The position numbers and the translations under genes were made by a program. A stretch of DNA of 64,000 nt from Candidatus Bathyarchaeota archaeon (GTDB lineage: Archaea > Thermoproteota > Bathyarchaeia > TCS64): the NCBI GenBank assembly GCA_043826455.1, contig JBDRQD010000066.1:1-64000 (forward strand), given 5' to 3'. Below are positions 1 through 8,966 of the stretch, in pieces. The notes beneath the pieces were generated by a model that was given only the letters and a program-made list of their open reading frames with translations, did no database searches and was not told the origin of the DNA. The stretch's first letter is position 1. Each line of letters begins with the position of its first letter.

Positions 1-115
1 AGCTTTCGGCTCCAAAAAAATCCCAAGAGATTTTATGTTCCTCCTCCATTTCCTTATTTTGTTTGACGAGATAATCGAACAAATAGAAGAACTGGATGAA
101 TAAGAAATAAGTTGT

Positions 116-313
116 TTACTCTACTTTATACAAGTTATATATGTCGGGAGGAAGAGTTTCAACAAGTTTCCTTTTTCCAGGTATGACGTTTCCATCATCA
201 TCCATTAAATATATTTTTTTATCTACTTTTTTCCAAAGAGAACTTGGTAGAATGAGTTCCTGTATATTTTTTGTTTCTAATAAAGATTTTAACGTTATTT
301 TTTCCTGCGCCAT
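116..313 (-). CDS. Small hypothetical protein in AT-rich segment
   Basis: ORF MAQEKITLKSLLE...; ATG at 313 chosen; no recognisable motif. Confidence 0.5.
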   Translation of the reverse strand: MAQEKITLKSLLETKNIQELILPSSLWKKVDKKIYLMDDDGNVIPGKRKLVETLPPDIYNLYKVE

Positions 314-701
314 TATAATCATATGATGATATGATAACAAACATATAAATTGAAGTCAAACTAATTTCATTCCTAAAATGCAATCATTTTTTAGTGTTAA
401 CTTATTGAGCGTTTAATGAAATTAATAATTTATATGATAAATTATTTAGCGGTTTATTGATTTTTGGTATAAAATTCGAAAGCCTGTTACTCAATTTATA
501 GCGATGCAGTAATACATGACAATTATATAACGCATATTAAATAAATTTACTGGATATAAATGTTAAAAAACATTAGATTTGCACTACACTGTTAATATTT
601 GTTACATAAATTTATAAATGAATATATATAAGGCATTATTGTCAGAACTTTTTGAAACAAAATAGGGGGGGAATGAAATATTCGTCTACAAGCGGAGAAC
701 A

Positions 702-962
702 TTGTTCGATCATGTTGCAGACATACTTAACTTAGCTCACCAACCCGCACAAAAAGCCGCATTAGCTAAATACACCCAATTAAGACGCGACGTATTAAAC
801 GAATATCTTGACTCACTGATTAAAATAGGTTTAATCAATAAATTCTATGACAGAGACATGAAGAAAATGTTCTACCAAATTACAGACCAAGGAGTAGAAT
901 ATTTGAATACATGGGATAGGCTAACAAACCTCGTTAATTACGAATTAGAGGCTCCCTATTAA
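702..962 (+). CDS. Winged-helix (HTH_45-like) transcriptional regulator; 5' end uncertain
   Basis: (KRRT)LFDHVADIL...YLDSLIKIGLI...YQITDQGVEYL pattern, same family as 41378-41665. Confidence 0.7.
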   Translation: MFDHVADILNLAHQPAQKAALAKYTQLRRDVLNEYLDSLIKIGLINKFYDRDMKKMFYQITDQGVEYLNTWDRLTNLVNYELEAPY

Positions 963-1063
963 CTAAGGCTTTCATTAAAATAACGCCGCGCCCCAAACAA
1001 TTAGATTTTACTCAACATAACCCCGCCCACACAATATAGAGCCATTCCCTGAGGAATCAAACT

Positions 1064-1112
1064 AAAAGCAACCCAGTTTTTCTCACACTCTTCCACGCAG
1101 CCATCAAGCCCC
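1064..1112 (-). repeat. Partial copy of dispersed intergenic repeat
   Basis: Reverse complement GGGGCTTGATGGCTGCGTGGAAGAGTGTGAGAAAAACTGGGTTGCTTTT resembles 14426-14476 and 37740-37792. Confidence 0.65.
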
Positions 1113-1274
1113 ACGAGTAAACACCCACCCCACGCGGCGACGACCACCACCACCCACCACCAAAAGAACCCCTAAAAAGCCTCCGAACAACAAAAAAACC
1201 TTAAAACAGGGGAAAAGCGGTGGCGGTGATGGGACCCCCCCTCCCCCCCTACGCACACACAGGAACAAACAAAG

Positions 1275-1361
1275 TGGCGCCGGGTGAGGGATTTGAACCC
1301 TCGTGCGGATAACCGCACTGACTTAGCAGGCCAGCTCCCTACCAGGCTAGGAGAACCCGGC
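1275..1361 (-). tRNA. tRNA-Ser(GCT)
   Basis: Cloverleaf GCCGGGT...CT-GCT-AA anticodon loop, long variable arm, GGTTCAAATCC T-arm, encoded CCA. Confidence 0.96.
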
Positions 1362-1405
1362 AGCCAAACACTATGCAACCAGTGACAGTTTTAAAGGTTA
1401 CCTTG

Positions 1406-2998
1406 TCACCCATAAACCCTCACCCCACCAACAAAAGTCATCAGACAACGCCAATCCTTCAACCCCTCGGCCCCAACCTCCAGAGGATTAAAGCTCCAGA
1501 CCGCCAGATCAGCGTACTTACCCACCTCCACGCTACCCACCTTATCCTCCATGAAGCAGTGAACCGCCGCGGACGAGGTGTAGAAGCCCAGCGCCGTGTA
1601 CGCGTCCACGGCCTCACCAGTACCCAACACACTCCCCATGATGGTTCGCCTGGCCACGCTGGCGTAGAGGCCGATGTTGGGCAGCGGAGGCGTCACCGTG
1701 GCGTCGTGGCTGATCCCCACGGGTACACCCAACTCGGACAGCGTCCTCACCGGCATACACACCTTGCACCGCTCCAGGCCCAGGGCCTCCACGAAGCTGT
1801 CCCCCAGAAAGTAGAAGAAGGGGGTCTGGGTGTTCACCACCACCCCCAGCTCCCTGATCTGCCTCAACGCCCTCTCCGTGGGGAAGTAGCAGTGAACGAT
1901 CTGGTGCCTGGGGTCGGGCCTCGGGCTCCTCCTCTGAGCGTACTCGTAGGCGTCCATGGTGATATCTATGGCCTTGTCACCGATGGCGTGGACGGCCACC
2001 TGGAACCCGTGGACATGCCCCAGGTGCACCATCTCCTTCAGGGTGTCCGCCTCCAGGCTCTGGACCCCGTGCACGTCCGGCCTATCCGCGTACCCCTCGT
2101 AGAAGAGGGCGGTCCTGGGGCCCACGCCGCCGTCTACGGCCATCTTCAGCCCTATGATCCGCAGGGTGTCGTCGCCACCCACCTGATAGCTCTCCACCGC
2201 CCACCTAGTCTGCTCGGGGCTCCTCAGGAACCCCACCTGGATGAGGGTCCTGATGGTGAGCTCGCCGCGGTCATGGCTCTCTCTGAGCGCCTCAATGTCC
2301 TCTGACAGCAGCCCTGGCTCGATGACTGTGGTGAAGCCCACGGCGTGGAAATCCCTGCATGCCTGCTTGATTGCTTGGAGCTTGTCGTCCCGGGTCCACC
2401 TGATGGCCGAGGCCACCAGCTCCGTTGCCCTGCCCCTGAGGAGGCCCGTGGGCTCGCCTCCTTCGTCCCTCTCAATGATCCCGAGCTCCGGGTCCCGGGT
2501 GTCCTTGCTTATTCCAACCTTCTCCAGGGCAACGGAGTTGGCCACCCCCATCTGGAACACCCTTTTGATGTAGACGGGGTTGTCGGGGCTCACGGGGTCC
2601 AGGTCGTACCTGGTGGGAAACCGCCTCTCCTCCAGCAGGGTCTCGTCCCAGACATTACCCAGCACCCACTGTCCAGGCCCAGCCTCCATGACCCTCTCCT
2701 CCAGGAGGCCCACGATCTCCTTGATGCTCCGAGCTCTGGGGTACCTTATGTCCACGTTGAAGGCCGAGGCCAGGCCGTGCTCCAGGAAGTGGTCGTGGGT
2801 GTTCACCAGGCCCGGGGTCACCGTCTTGCCCTCAAGGTCTATTATCTCTGTCCTGGGTCCTATGAGGCGCTGCACCTCAGGCTTGTACCCTGCTGCAGTG
2901 ATCCTTCCGTCCTTGACGGCGACGGCTTCAACGATCCTCTTGTTCCTGTCCATGGTGATTATGGGGCCGTTCCAGATAACCAAGTCAGCGTAATCCAT
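1406..2998 (-). CDS. Amidohydrolase 3 (YtcJ-like) metal-dependent hydrolase
   Basis: PGLVNTHDH, DGGVG, HAIGDKA and GSVEVGKYADL motifs. Confidence 0.9.
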   Translation of the reverse strand: MDYADLVIWNGPIITMDRNKRIVEAVAVKDGRITAAGYKPEVQRLIGPRTEIIDLEGKTVTPGLVNTHDHFLEHGLASAFNVDIRYPRARSIKEIVGLLEERVMEAGPGQWVLGNVWDETLLEERRFPTRYDLDPVSPDNPVYIKRVFQMGVANSVALEKVGISKDTRDPELGIIERDEGGEPTGLLRGRATELVASAIRWTRDDKLQAIKQACRDFHAVGFTTVIEPGLLSEDIEALRESHDRGELTIRTLIQVGFLRSPEQTRWAVESYQVGGDDTLRIIGLKMAVDGGVGPRTALFYEGYADRPDVHGVQSLEADTLKEMVHLGHVHGFQVAVHAIGDKAIDITMDAYEYAQRRSPRPDPRHQIVHCYFPTERALRQIRELGVVVNTQTPFFYFLGDSFVEALGLERCKVCMPVRTLSELGVPVGISHDATVTPPLPNIGLYASVARRTIMGSVLGTGEAVDAYTALGFYTSSAAVHCFMEDKVGSVEVGKYADLAVWSFNPLEVGAEGLKDWRCLMTFVGGVRVYG

Positions 2999-3030
2999 GG
3001 AACAGTATAAGGCTGCGACCATAAAAGAGG

Positions 3031-3723
3031 CTAACGGGTGATCTCGTAAACGGAGTCCCTGGTGCCTATGTAAGCCCTCTGAGCATACCCGACGAAGAGG
3101 CCCGTCTCCAGGACCCCCTGAACCTCGTGAAGCCTCCTGTTCAGCGCCTCCAGGTCGTCTATGGGGCCGAAGCTGGCGTCAATGAGGTTATTGCCGTTGT
3201 CCGTGACCACGGGCCCCACCTTGCCTGCCCCCATGCGCACCACGGCTTTCGCCCCCATCCTCTCCAGCTTCCTGGCGATGGGCACCACGGCGATGGGATG
3301 AACCTCAAGGTAGACCGGCTGATCCGTCCCCAGGACGTCCGTGAGTTTCTCGTCGTCCCCTATGAGGATATATTCCCTGCAGCAGCTGGCCACGATCTTC
3401 TCCCGCAGGAGGGCTCCTCCGCCGCCCTTTATTGCGTTGAGGCACCGGTCCATCTGGTCGGCCCCGTCAATGCCCAGGTCCAGATCGGGGTACTCGTCCA
3501 GAGTGGTGAGGGGTAGCATGGCGCGGACGGACTCCTGGACGGCCTGATAGCTGGTGGGGACACCCTTGACGTCTTTCAGCTCCCCTGCCTTGATCCTCTG
3601 GCCTATGATCCTTATGGCCTCGGCCGCTGTGGTTCCGCTGCCCAGGCCCATCACCATGCCGCTCTTAACGTGGTCCACGGCCAGGGAAGCTGCCCGAATC
3701 TTGGCCTCCGCCTTCCAGCTCAT
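3031..3723 (-). CDS. rpiA: Ribose-5-phosphate isomerase A
   Basis: GLGSGTT, DGAD, KGGGGALLREKI, PVVTDNGN motifs. Confidence 0.97.
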   Translation of the reverse strand: MSWKAEAKIRAASLAVDHVKSGMVMGLGSGTTAAEAIRIIGQRIKAGELKDVKGVPTSYQAVQESVRAMLPLTTLDEYPDLDLGIDGADQMDRCLNAIKGGGGALLREKIVASCCREYILIGDDEKLTDVLGTDQPVYLEVHPIAVVPIARKLERMGAKAVVRMGAGKVGPVVTDNGNNLIDASFGPIDDLEALNRRLHEVQGVLETGLFVGYAQRAYIGTRDSVYEITR

Positions 3724-4481
3724 TAGGACGCCTCGAGCTCCAGCTTGTCCAGCTCCTCAAGCTCCTTGAGGACGTTCTTCTTGAGGCGGTCTAGCCTATC
3801 CTCCACGGTGTCGGCTCTGCTGGGTGCCTCCTCTGCCTCCTCCTCAGCCTCCTCTTCCTCGGACTCCTCCTCAGGCTCGGGGGCAGGCGCCGGTCTCAGC
3901 CTGGACCTCCTAGACTTCCTCGGCGGGCTAGGCGTCTCAGCCTTAGGCTCCTCCGGCTTAGGCTGCTCGATCTTGAGCTCCCTGATAATGAGATCGATCT
4001 TGGTCTGAGTGTCAACCAGGGTCTCCTGGAACTGGACTATGAGGCTGGACCGGATCTCCTCCAGCTCGTTGAGGCTCACTATGAGCTCGGCCCTGTCCAG
4101 CTCCTCGGCGACGCCTCTCATCTCGCTCTCGTAGTTCTTACTGAGCCGCTCCCGCTCCTCGCGGCTGATCTCCCCGTTGTCCTCAGCCTCGAAGAGGCGC
4201 TTCATCACCAAGCTCAGTATCTCCTGCTGGAGGGTCAGGGTCCTTATCTTGCTGCGGGCCTCCTCCACCTGGGGCCTCTTGGTTACGGTGGGTATGGTGG
4301 GCACCTGGACCTTGCTGGAGGGGTCGAGGCTCACTCGCAGGGGCTCCTCATCGGTCTCCTGCTTCTTCTCCTGGGGCTTGGAGACTCCGCCGGTGGCCCT
4401 CATGAACATGAAGATGGCGGCGGCGGCCACAAGTAGGGCGGCGGCGCCTAGAATCAGGTCTGCGGATAACTCGAGAGCCAT
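3723..4481 (-). CDS. Membrane-anchored coiled-coil hypothetical protein with acidic linker
   Basis: Single N-terminal hydrophobic helix, heptad-rich core, E-rich stretch; stop overlaps rpiA start. Confidence 0.75.
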   Translation of the reverse strand: MALELSADLILGAAALLVAAAAIFMFMRATGGVSKPQEKKQETDEEPLRVSLDPSSKVQVPTIPTVTKRPQVEEARSKIRTLTLQQEILSLVMKRLFEAEDNGEISREERERLSKNYESEMRGVAEELDRAELIVSLNELEEIRSSLIVQFQETLVDTQTKIDLIIRELKIEQPKPEEPKAETPSPPRKSRRSRLRPAPAPEPEEESEEEEAEEEAEEAPSRADTVEDRLDRLKKNVLKELEELDKLELEAS

Positions 4482-4627
4482 GTGATCAATTCATTCTCAT
4501 CCCAAGAATATATAAGCCTAAACATTGTCGCTGGGATAATCACAAAAAAGTTGCATCATCTAATATAAAGTACATGGATAAGGGGCATGCCGTTATATCA
4601 CCGCGCCATTACTGTCTTGAGGATAAC

Positions 4628-5563
4628 ATGAGTGACGCTTTAGGGCTCGGCAAGGTAACCAAGGAGGTTTTCCGTAGAAGCGTCCTACCCTTCATACCAG
4701 TAGAGAGGGACCCTGAGCTTGACGGCGCCACCATAGGGCTCACAGGGCGCACCGTGATCGCCCACAGCCCCAGCATCGGGGTGCCCCTGGAGGCTCTGGG
4801 CTTCTTCGCCTTCCACTACTCCGCCAGCAACGTGGCGTGTAAGTTCGGGAGGCCCACCCACCTCATCACGGGCATATACCTGCCTCTGAGGACGAGGGAG
4901 GCCAACCTGATGACCATCGCCAGGAGCCTGGGGGACGAGGCAAGAAGATACGGGGTGGTGATCACAGCCGGCCAGACCGCCACCTACTACGGCCTAGAGA
5001 TACCCCTAGTAACCTCCACGTGCCTGGGGGAGGCCCTCAGGCACCCCATTAAGCCTGTTCCAGGCGATAAGGTGCTGCTCATCGGCGAGGTGGGCGACGA
5101 GGGGGTCTGGCTTAAAGGCCTCGAGAGGGGCGAGGAGTCCGAGGCGTGGAGGAGGTTCACGCCGCTGCCAGCCATCCTGGGGCTCCAAGGTGTCGACCAA
5201 GTGAAGGTGATGCATGACGTCTCCGAGGGCGGGGTTAAGGGTTCCCTTTACGAGGTGGCTGACAGCCTGGGCGTCGGCTTATCAGTGGACACGGAGGAAG
5301 TGGTTTACGCTGAGGGCGCGGAGAGGCTTGACGATGACCCGCTGAGGGCCCCCTCCTACGGCGCTCTGGTGGCCGTGGTGGACCCGGAGGGCATCAACCG
5401 TGTTAAAAGAGTGTGCGCCAGTATCGGCTGGCCCGCCACGTGCGTGGGGGACGTGGTTAAGGGCAAGGGGTTGAAAGTAGACGGCGTGGTGGTCACCGAT
5501 CAGAAAAGGATAGACCTTGACGAGATATACGGCTCATTCCAGGCTCCGCGGAGAGACCCCTGA
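4628..5563 (+). CDS. AIR synthase (PurM/ThiL/HypE) superfamily protein
   Basis: GKV N-terminus, MHDVSEGG motif, C-terminal D-E-I-Y. Confidence 0.8.
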   Translation: MSDALGLGKVTKEVFRRSVLPFIPVERDPELDGATIGLTGRTVIAHSPSIGVPLEALGFFAFHYSASNVACKFGRPTHLITGIYLPLRTREANLMTIARSLGDEARRYGVVITAGQTATYYGLEIPLVTSTCLGEALRHPIKPVPGDKVLLIGEVGDEGVWLKGLERGEESEAWRRFTPLPAILGLQGVDQVKVMHDVSEGGVKGSLYEVADSLGVGLSVDTEEVVYAEGAERLDDDPLRAPSYGALVAVVDPEGINRVKRVCASIGWPATCVGDVVKGKGLKVDGVVVTDQKRIDLDEIYGSFQAPRRDP

Positions 5564-5608
5564 AATCCTCAGATGAAGGCTTCTTCGCACAATCGTCGCG
5601 TCACACTG

Positions 5609-5623
5609 GAAAACGTTTTAACC
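5609..5623 (+). promoter_or_regulatory. BRE/TATA promoter for riboswitch 1 and thiW operon
   Basis: GAAAACG-TTTTAA; first T is 28 nt before the aptamer start. Confidence 0.6.
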
Positions 5624-5643
5624 CCAGACATTGTTGAGCACCT

Positions 5644-5729
5644 GAAGGGGAGCTGGGCAACAGCCCGGCTGAGAGGACGTTGAATCGTCGACCCTTGGAA
5701 CCTGATCCAGGTAATACTGGCGGAGGGAA
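5644..5729 (+). ncRNA. TPP riboswitch (THI element) 1
   Basis: GGGGAGC-P3-GCTGAGA...ACCCTTGGAACCTGATCCAGGTAATACTGGCGGAGGGA consensus, upstream of thiamine genes. Confidence 0.95.
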
Positions 5730-5733
5730 AGAA

Positions 5734-6327
5734 GTGAAAGAGAGGAAACCGATAACCGGATTCTGGTGCAGTACACCGAACATCCCACGTTTTTATTTAG
5801 CCAGCCTCAGCGAAGAGGCCAGAAGTATAACGAAGGCGCCCTCGACTAGAAGGATCGCCCTGGCGGCTGTCCTGTCCGCGTTGACCGTGGCGCTCTCACC
5901 CCTATACATACCCTTGGGGGCCACCAAGTGTTTCCCGGCGCAGCACATGATGAACGCGGTGGCCGGCGTGCTCCTCGGCCCATGGTACGCCGCTGCCATG
6001 GCTTTGGCCACGGGAACTATAAGGAACATGTTCAGTCTAGGCACTCTCTATGCTTATCCTGGTGGGATACCTGGGGCGCTGGTTGTCGGCGTCACCCACA
6101 GGTATCTGAAGAAGGTTGACGCGGCAGCACTAGTGGAGCCCCTCGGGACAGTGGTAGTAGGAGCCACTTTGAGCGCCTTACTCCTGGCCCCCGCCCTGGG
6201 CCACTCCATGACACTCTACTTCTTCTGGGTGGCCTTCGCAGCCAGCAGCGTACCTGGAAGCGTGCTAGGCTACCTGGTCATCAAAACAGTGAGGCGTCTA
6301 GGATTTGACCAGTACTTCAATGAGTGA
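5734..6327 (+). CDS. thiW: ECF transporter S-component, ThiW family
   Basis: KCFPAQHMMNAVAGVLLGPWY, GTLYAYPGG, EPLGT, SSVPG; GTG start at 5734 inferred from GGAGG spacing. Confidence 0.9.
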   Translation: MKERKPITGFWCSTPNIPRFYLASLSEEARSITKAPSTRRIALAAVLSALTVALSPLYIPLGATKCFPAQHMMNAVAGVLLGPWYAAAMALATGTIRNMFSLGTLYAYPGGIPGALVVGVTHRYLKKVDAAALVEPLGTVVVGATLSALLLAPALGHSMTLYFFWVAFAASSVPGSVLGYLVIKTVRRLGFDQYFNE

Positions 6328-6862
6328 ACTGGCCAGAAAAAGGACCCTCATCGTGGGGGACGTGGGCGCCGGTAAGACAATTCAGACCCGTAGGCTCCTA
6401 GAGGAGGCCCTCAGTCTAAGCCTCGGCCCTGTCACAGTGATGGACATGGCTCCAGAGGCGCGGATGATGAATGGGACGCGGGTGGGAGGCCCACTTCTCG
6501 AAGCAGATGTCCCCGGGGTCAGGGTCCTGAGGAACAGGTGCATAAAGACGCCTCGCCTATCAGCTGTGAACACCAAGGACCTCGTGGAGCAGGCCCTGCA
6601 CAACGCCGTGGTGGTCGAGGGCCTTCTGGAGCAGTTCAGAGCAAGTCCTTCACCGGTCCTATTCATCAACGACGTCTCCATTTACCTGCAGCTGGGCGAC
6701 CTGGAGACCCTGTGGGACACCATAGCCATGGCCGAGACTGTGGTGGCCAACGGCTACTTGGGGGAGAAGTTGAGGGGCGACCACGGCTCAGGAGTCTCTG
6801 AGATGGAGAGAAGGGCGATGGAGGAGCTGGCTGACCGGTTCCACGTGGTGGTGAGACTGTAG
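6320..6862 (+). CDS. Uncharacterised small P-loop NTPase
   Basis: Walker A GDVGAGKT and Walker B-like LFIND; start overlaps thiW end. Confidence 0.8.
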   Translation: MSELARKRTLIVGDVGAGKTIQTRRLLEEALSLSLGPVTVMDMAPEARMMNGTRVGGPLLEADVPGVRVLRNRCIKTPRLSAVNTKDLVEQALHNAVVVEGLLEQFRASPSPVLFINDVSIYLQLGDLETLWDTIAMAETVVANGYLGEKLRGDHGSGVSEMERRAMEELADRFHVVVRL

Positions 6863-6902
6863 CGTGCCCCAGGAGTCAAACATGAGAGGAGGTTGAGGTA
6901 AG

Positions 6903-8261
6903 TTGAGTAGAGTGTATAGAGCCCTGACCATAGCGGGCTCAGATAGCGGTGGAGGCGCCGGCATCCAGGCCGACCTGAAGACCTTCGCCGCCCTAGGCGT
7001 GCACGGCATGTCCGCCATCACAGCCATTACGGCCCAGAACACCCTTGAGGTCACGGCTGTCCAGGACGTTGACCCTGAGATCATCTCAGCGCAGATAGAC
7101 GCCGTCGTACGGGACATCGGTGTCGACGCCGCCAAGACAGGGATGCTCCACAAGGCGGAAGTCATAGAGCTGGTGTCCGAGAAGGTCGAGGAGTACGGGT
7201 TCCCCGTGGTTGTCGACCCTGTCATGGTGGCGAAGAGCGGCGCTGTGCTCCTGGACCCCACGGCCAAGGGCACACTTATAGACAGGCTTCTGCCCCTGGC
7301 CACGGTGGTTACCCCCAACGCCATGGAGGCCGAGGCCATATCAGGGATAAAGGTGTCCACCATCGAGGAAGGCAAGGATGCAGCAGAGGCAATATCCGGG
7401 ATGGGCGCTCAGACTGTCCTGGTGAAAGGGGGCCACATATTCCACGAGGAGAAGGCAGTGGACATCCTGTACCACGAAGGCGTGTTCACGCTCCTGGAGG
7501 GTAAGAGACACGAAACCAGGGACACTCACGGCACAGGGTGCACCCTGTCGTCGGCTATCGCAGCGGAGATCGCTAAGGGTAAGGACATCCCCGAGGCCGT
7601 GGAGAGAGCCAAGGCATACGTCAACATGGCCATCCGGCACGGCCTCAGGATCGGCGGAGGCCATGGCCCCCTGAACCACATGACCGAGCTTGTTAATCAG
7701 GCGGAGCGGTACAGGGTGCTTGAGGACCTAAGGAAGGCGGTCAAGGTCCTGGAGGCTGCCCCGGAGCTGGGGAGCCTGGTGGCCGAGGTGCAGATGAACA
7801 TAGGGGTTGCCCTCCCCTACGCGTCCACGGCCGAGGAAGTGGCAGCCGTGGAGGGCAGGCTGACCAGGAGGAGGGACGGCGTCAAGGCGTCAGGCTGCCC
7901 CTGGTTCGGGGCCTCAGGCCACATAGCCAGGACCATCCTGGCGGTGAAGAGGTTCGACCCGGAGGTGCGGGCGGCCGTGAACCTCAGGTACTCTGACGCG
8001 GCAGTGGAGGCGTGCAGGGGCCTCGACCTTGTGGTCAGCTTCTACGACAGGAGGGAGGAGCCTGAGGAGATGAAACATGTAGAAGGGGGTACAACCTTCT
8101 GGGGGGCAGAGCAGGCCGTCAAGAGGGCTGGCATGGTGCCCGACGTCATCTACCACCACGGGGACTGGGGCAAGGAGCCCATGATCGTGGTACTGGGGGC
8201 GTCCGCAGCCCAGGTGGCGGATAGGGCCGTGGCGGTGGCAAGGAGGCTGACCGGCGCATGA
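6903..8261 (+). CDS. thiDN: Bifunctional HMP/HMP-P kinase and ThiN thiamine-phosphate synthase
   Basis: TIAGSDSGGGAGIQADLKTF, HGTGCT; C-terminal AEVQMN, FGASGH, GDWGKEPM. Confidence 0.96.
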   Translation: MSRVYRALTIAGSDSGGGAGIQADLKTFAALGVHGMSAITAITAQNTLEVTAVQDVDPEIISAQIDAVVRDIGVDAAKTGMLHKAEVIELVSEKVEEYGFPVVVDPVMVAKSGAVLLDPTAKGTLIDRLLPLATVVTPNAMEAEAISGIKVSTIEEGKDAAEAISGMGAQTVLVKGGHIFHEEKAVDILYHEGVFTLLEGKRHETRDTHGTGCTLSSAIAAEIAKGKDIPEAVERAKAYVNMAIRHGLRIGGGHGPLNHMTELVNQAERYRVLEDLRKAVKVLEAAPELGSLVAEVQMNIGVALPYASTAEEVAAVEGRLTRRRDGVKASGCPWFGASGHIARTILAVKRFDPEVRAAVNLRYSDAAVEACRGLDLVVSFYDRREEPEEMKHVEGGTTFWGAEQAVKRAGMVPDVIYHHGDWGKEPMIVVLGASAAQVADRAVAVARRLTGA

Positions 8262-8926
8262 GGTTCTCGGATCATCTTCGGGAGCAGGCGAAGGGAATCT
8301 GGGAAGCCATATTCGTGCACTCTTTCGTGGGGGAGCTTGGGCAGGGGTCCCTGCCCACTGAGAAGTACCTGTACTACATCAAGCAGGACTACGTGTACCT
8401 CCTGGACTTCTCCAGGTGCCTGGGGATCGCGGCCGCGAAGGCGACGGCGCTAGACGACATGAGCACCCTGTCAGGGCTCATGAACGGGTGCCTGAGCTAC
8501 GAGATGAACATCCTGGGCGGCCACCTAGCAGAGCTCGGGCTGACCCGGAAGGATTTAAGCGGCATCGTGATGGCTCCAACTAACCACGCCTATACGCGCC
8601 ACATGCTCGCCGTTGCCTACTCCGGGTCGGTGGCCGAGAACCTGGCCAGCCTGCTGCCCTGCATGTGGACGTACCAGCTCGTCGGAGAGAAGCTGTGGGA
8701 GGAGATGCCTGAGACCCTCGGCGGCCACTACCTGGAGTGGGTGAAGGGGTACAGGTCAGCCGAGTACAGGGGTCTTGTGGACAAGTATAGAGCGTTGATC
8801 GACATCCTGGGGGAGGCTGCGGGCAGGGCTGAGCGCTCAGCCATGGTCGACCACTTCATGACTAGCAGCCGGTACGAGTACATGTTCTGGGACATGGCCT
8901 ACAGGATGGAGACGTGGCCGGTCTAG
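8258..8926 (+). CDS. tenA: Thiaminase II / aminopyrimidine aminohydrolase
   Basis: YIKQDYVYL, LLPCMW catalytic Cys, EYMFWDMAY. Confidence 0.95.
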   Translation: MRFSDHLREQAKGIWEAIFVHSFVGELGQGSLPTEKYLYYIKQDYVYLLDFSRCLGIAAAKATALDDMSTLSGLMNGCLSYEMNILGGHLAELGLTRKDLSGIVMAPTNHAYTRHMLAVAYSGSVAENLASLLPCMWTYQLVGEKLWEEMPETLGGHYLEWVKGYRSAEYRGLVDKYRALIDILGEAAGRAERSAMVDHFMTSSRYEYMFWDMAYRMETWPV

Positions 8927-8930
8927 CCCA

Positions 8931-8945
8931 GTTAAACTTATATCC
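8931..8945 (+). promoter_or_regulatory. TATA promoter for riboswitch 2 and thiT
   Basis: AAAC-TTATAT; first T is 29 nt before the aptamer start. Confidence 0.65.
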
Positions 8946-8966
8946 CCGCACCTAGCGAGTTGAAGC

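Noticed and set aside
1..49. Start of a minus-strand ORF (MEEEHKISWDFFG...)
   Set aside because: Only 16 codons lie in the window, too few to support a call
1373..2305. Long antisense ORFs (also 39933-41039, 43838-44872, 44909-46099 and others)
   Set aside because: Shadows of high-GC3 genes on the opposite strand with no protein motifs
5680..5733. ORF-track N-terminus of ThiW
   Set aside because: Lies inside the riboswitch aptamer
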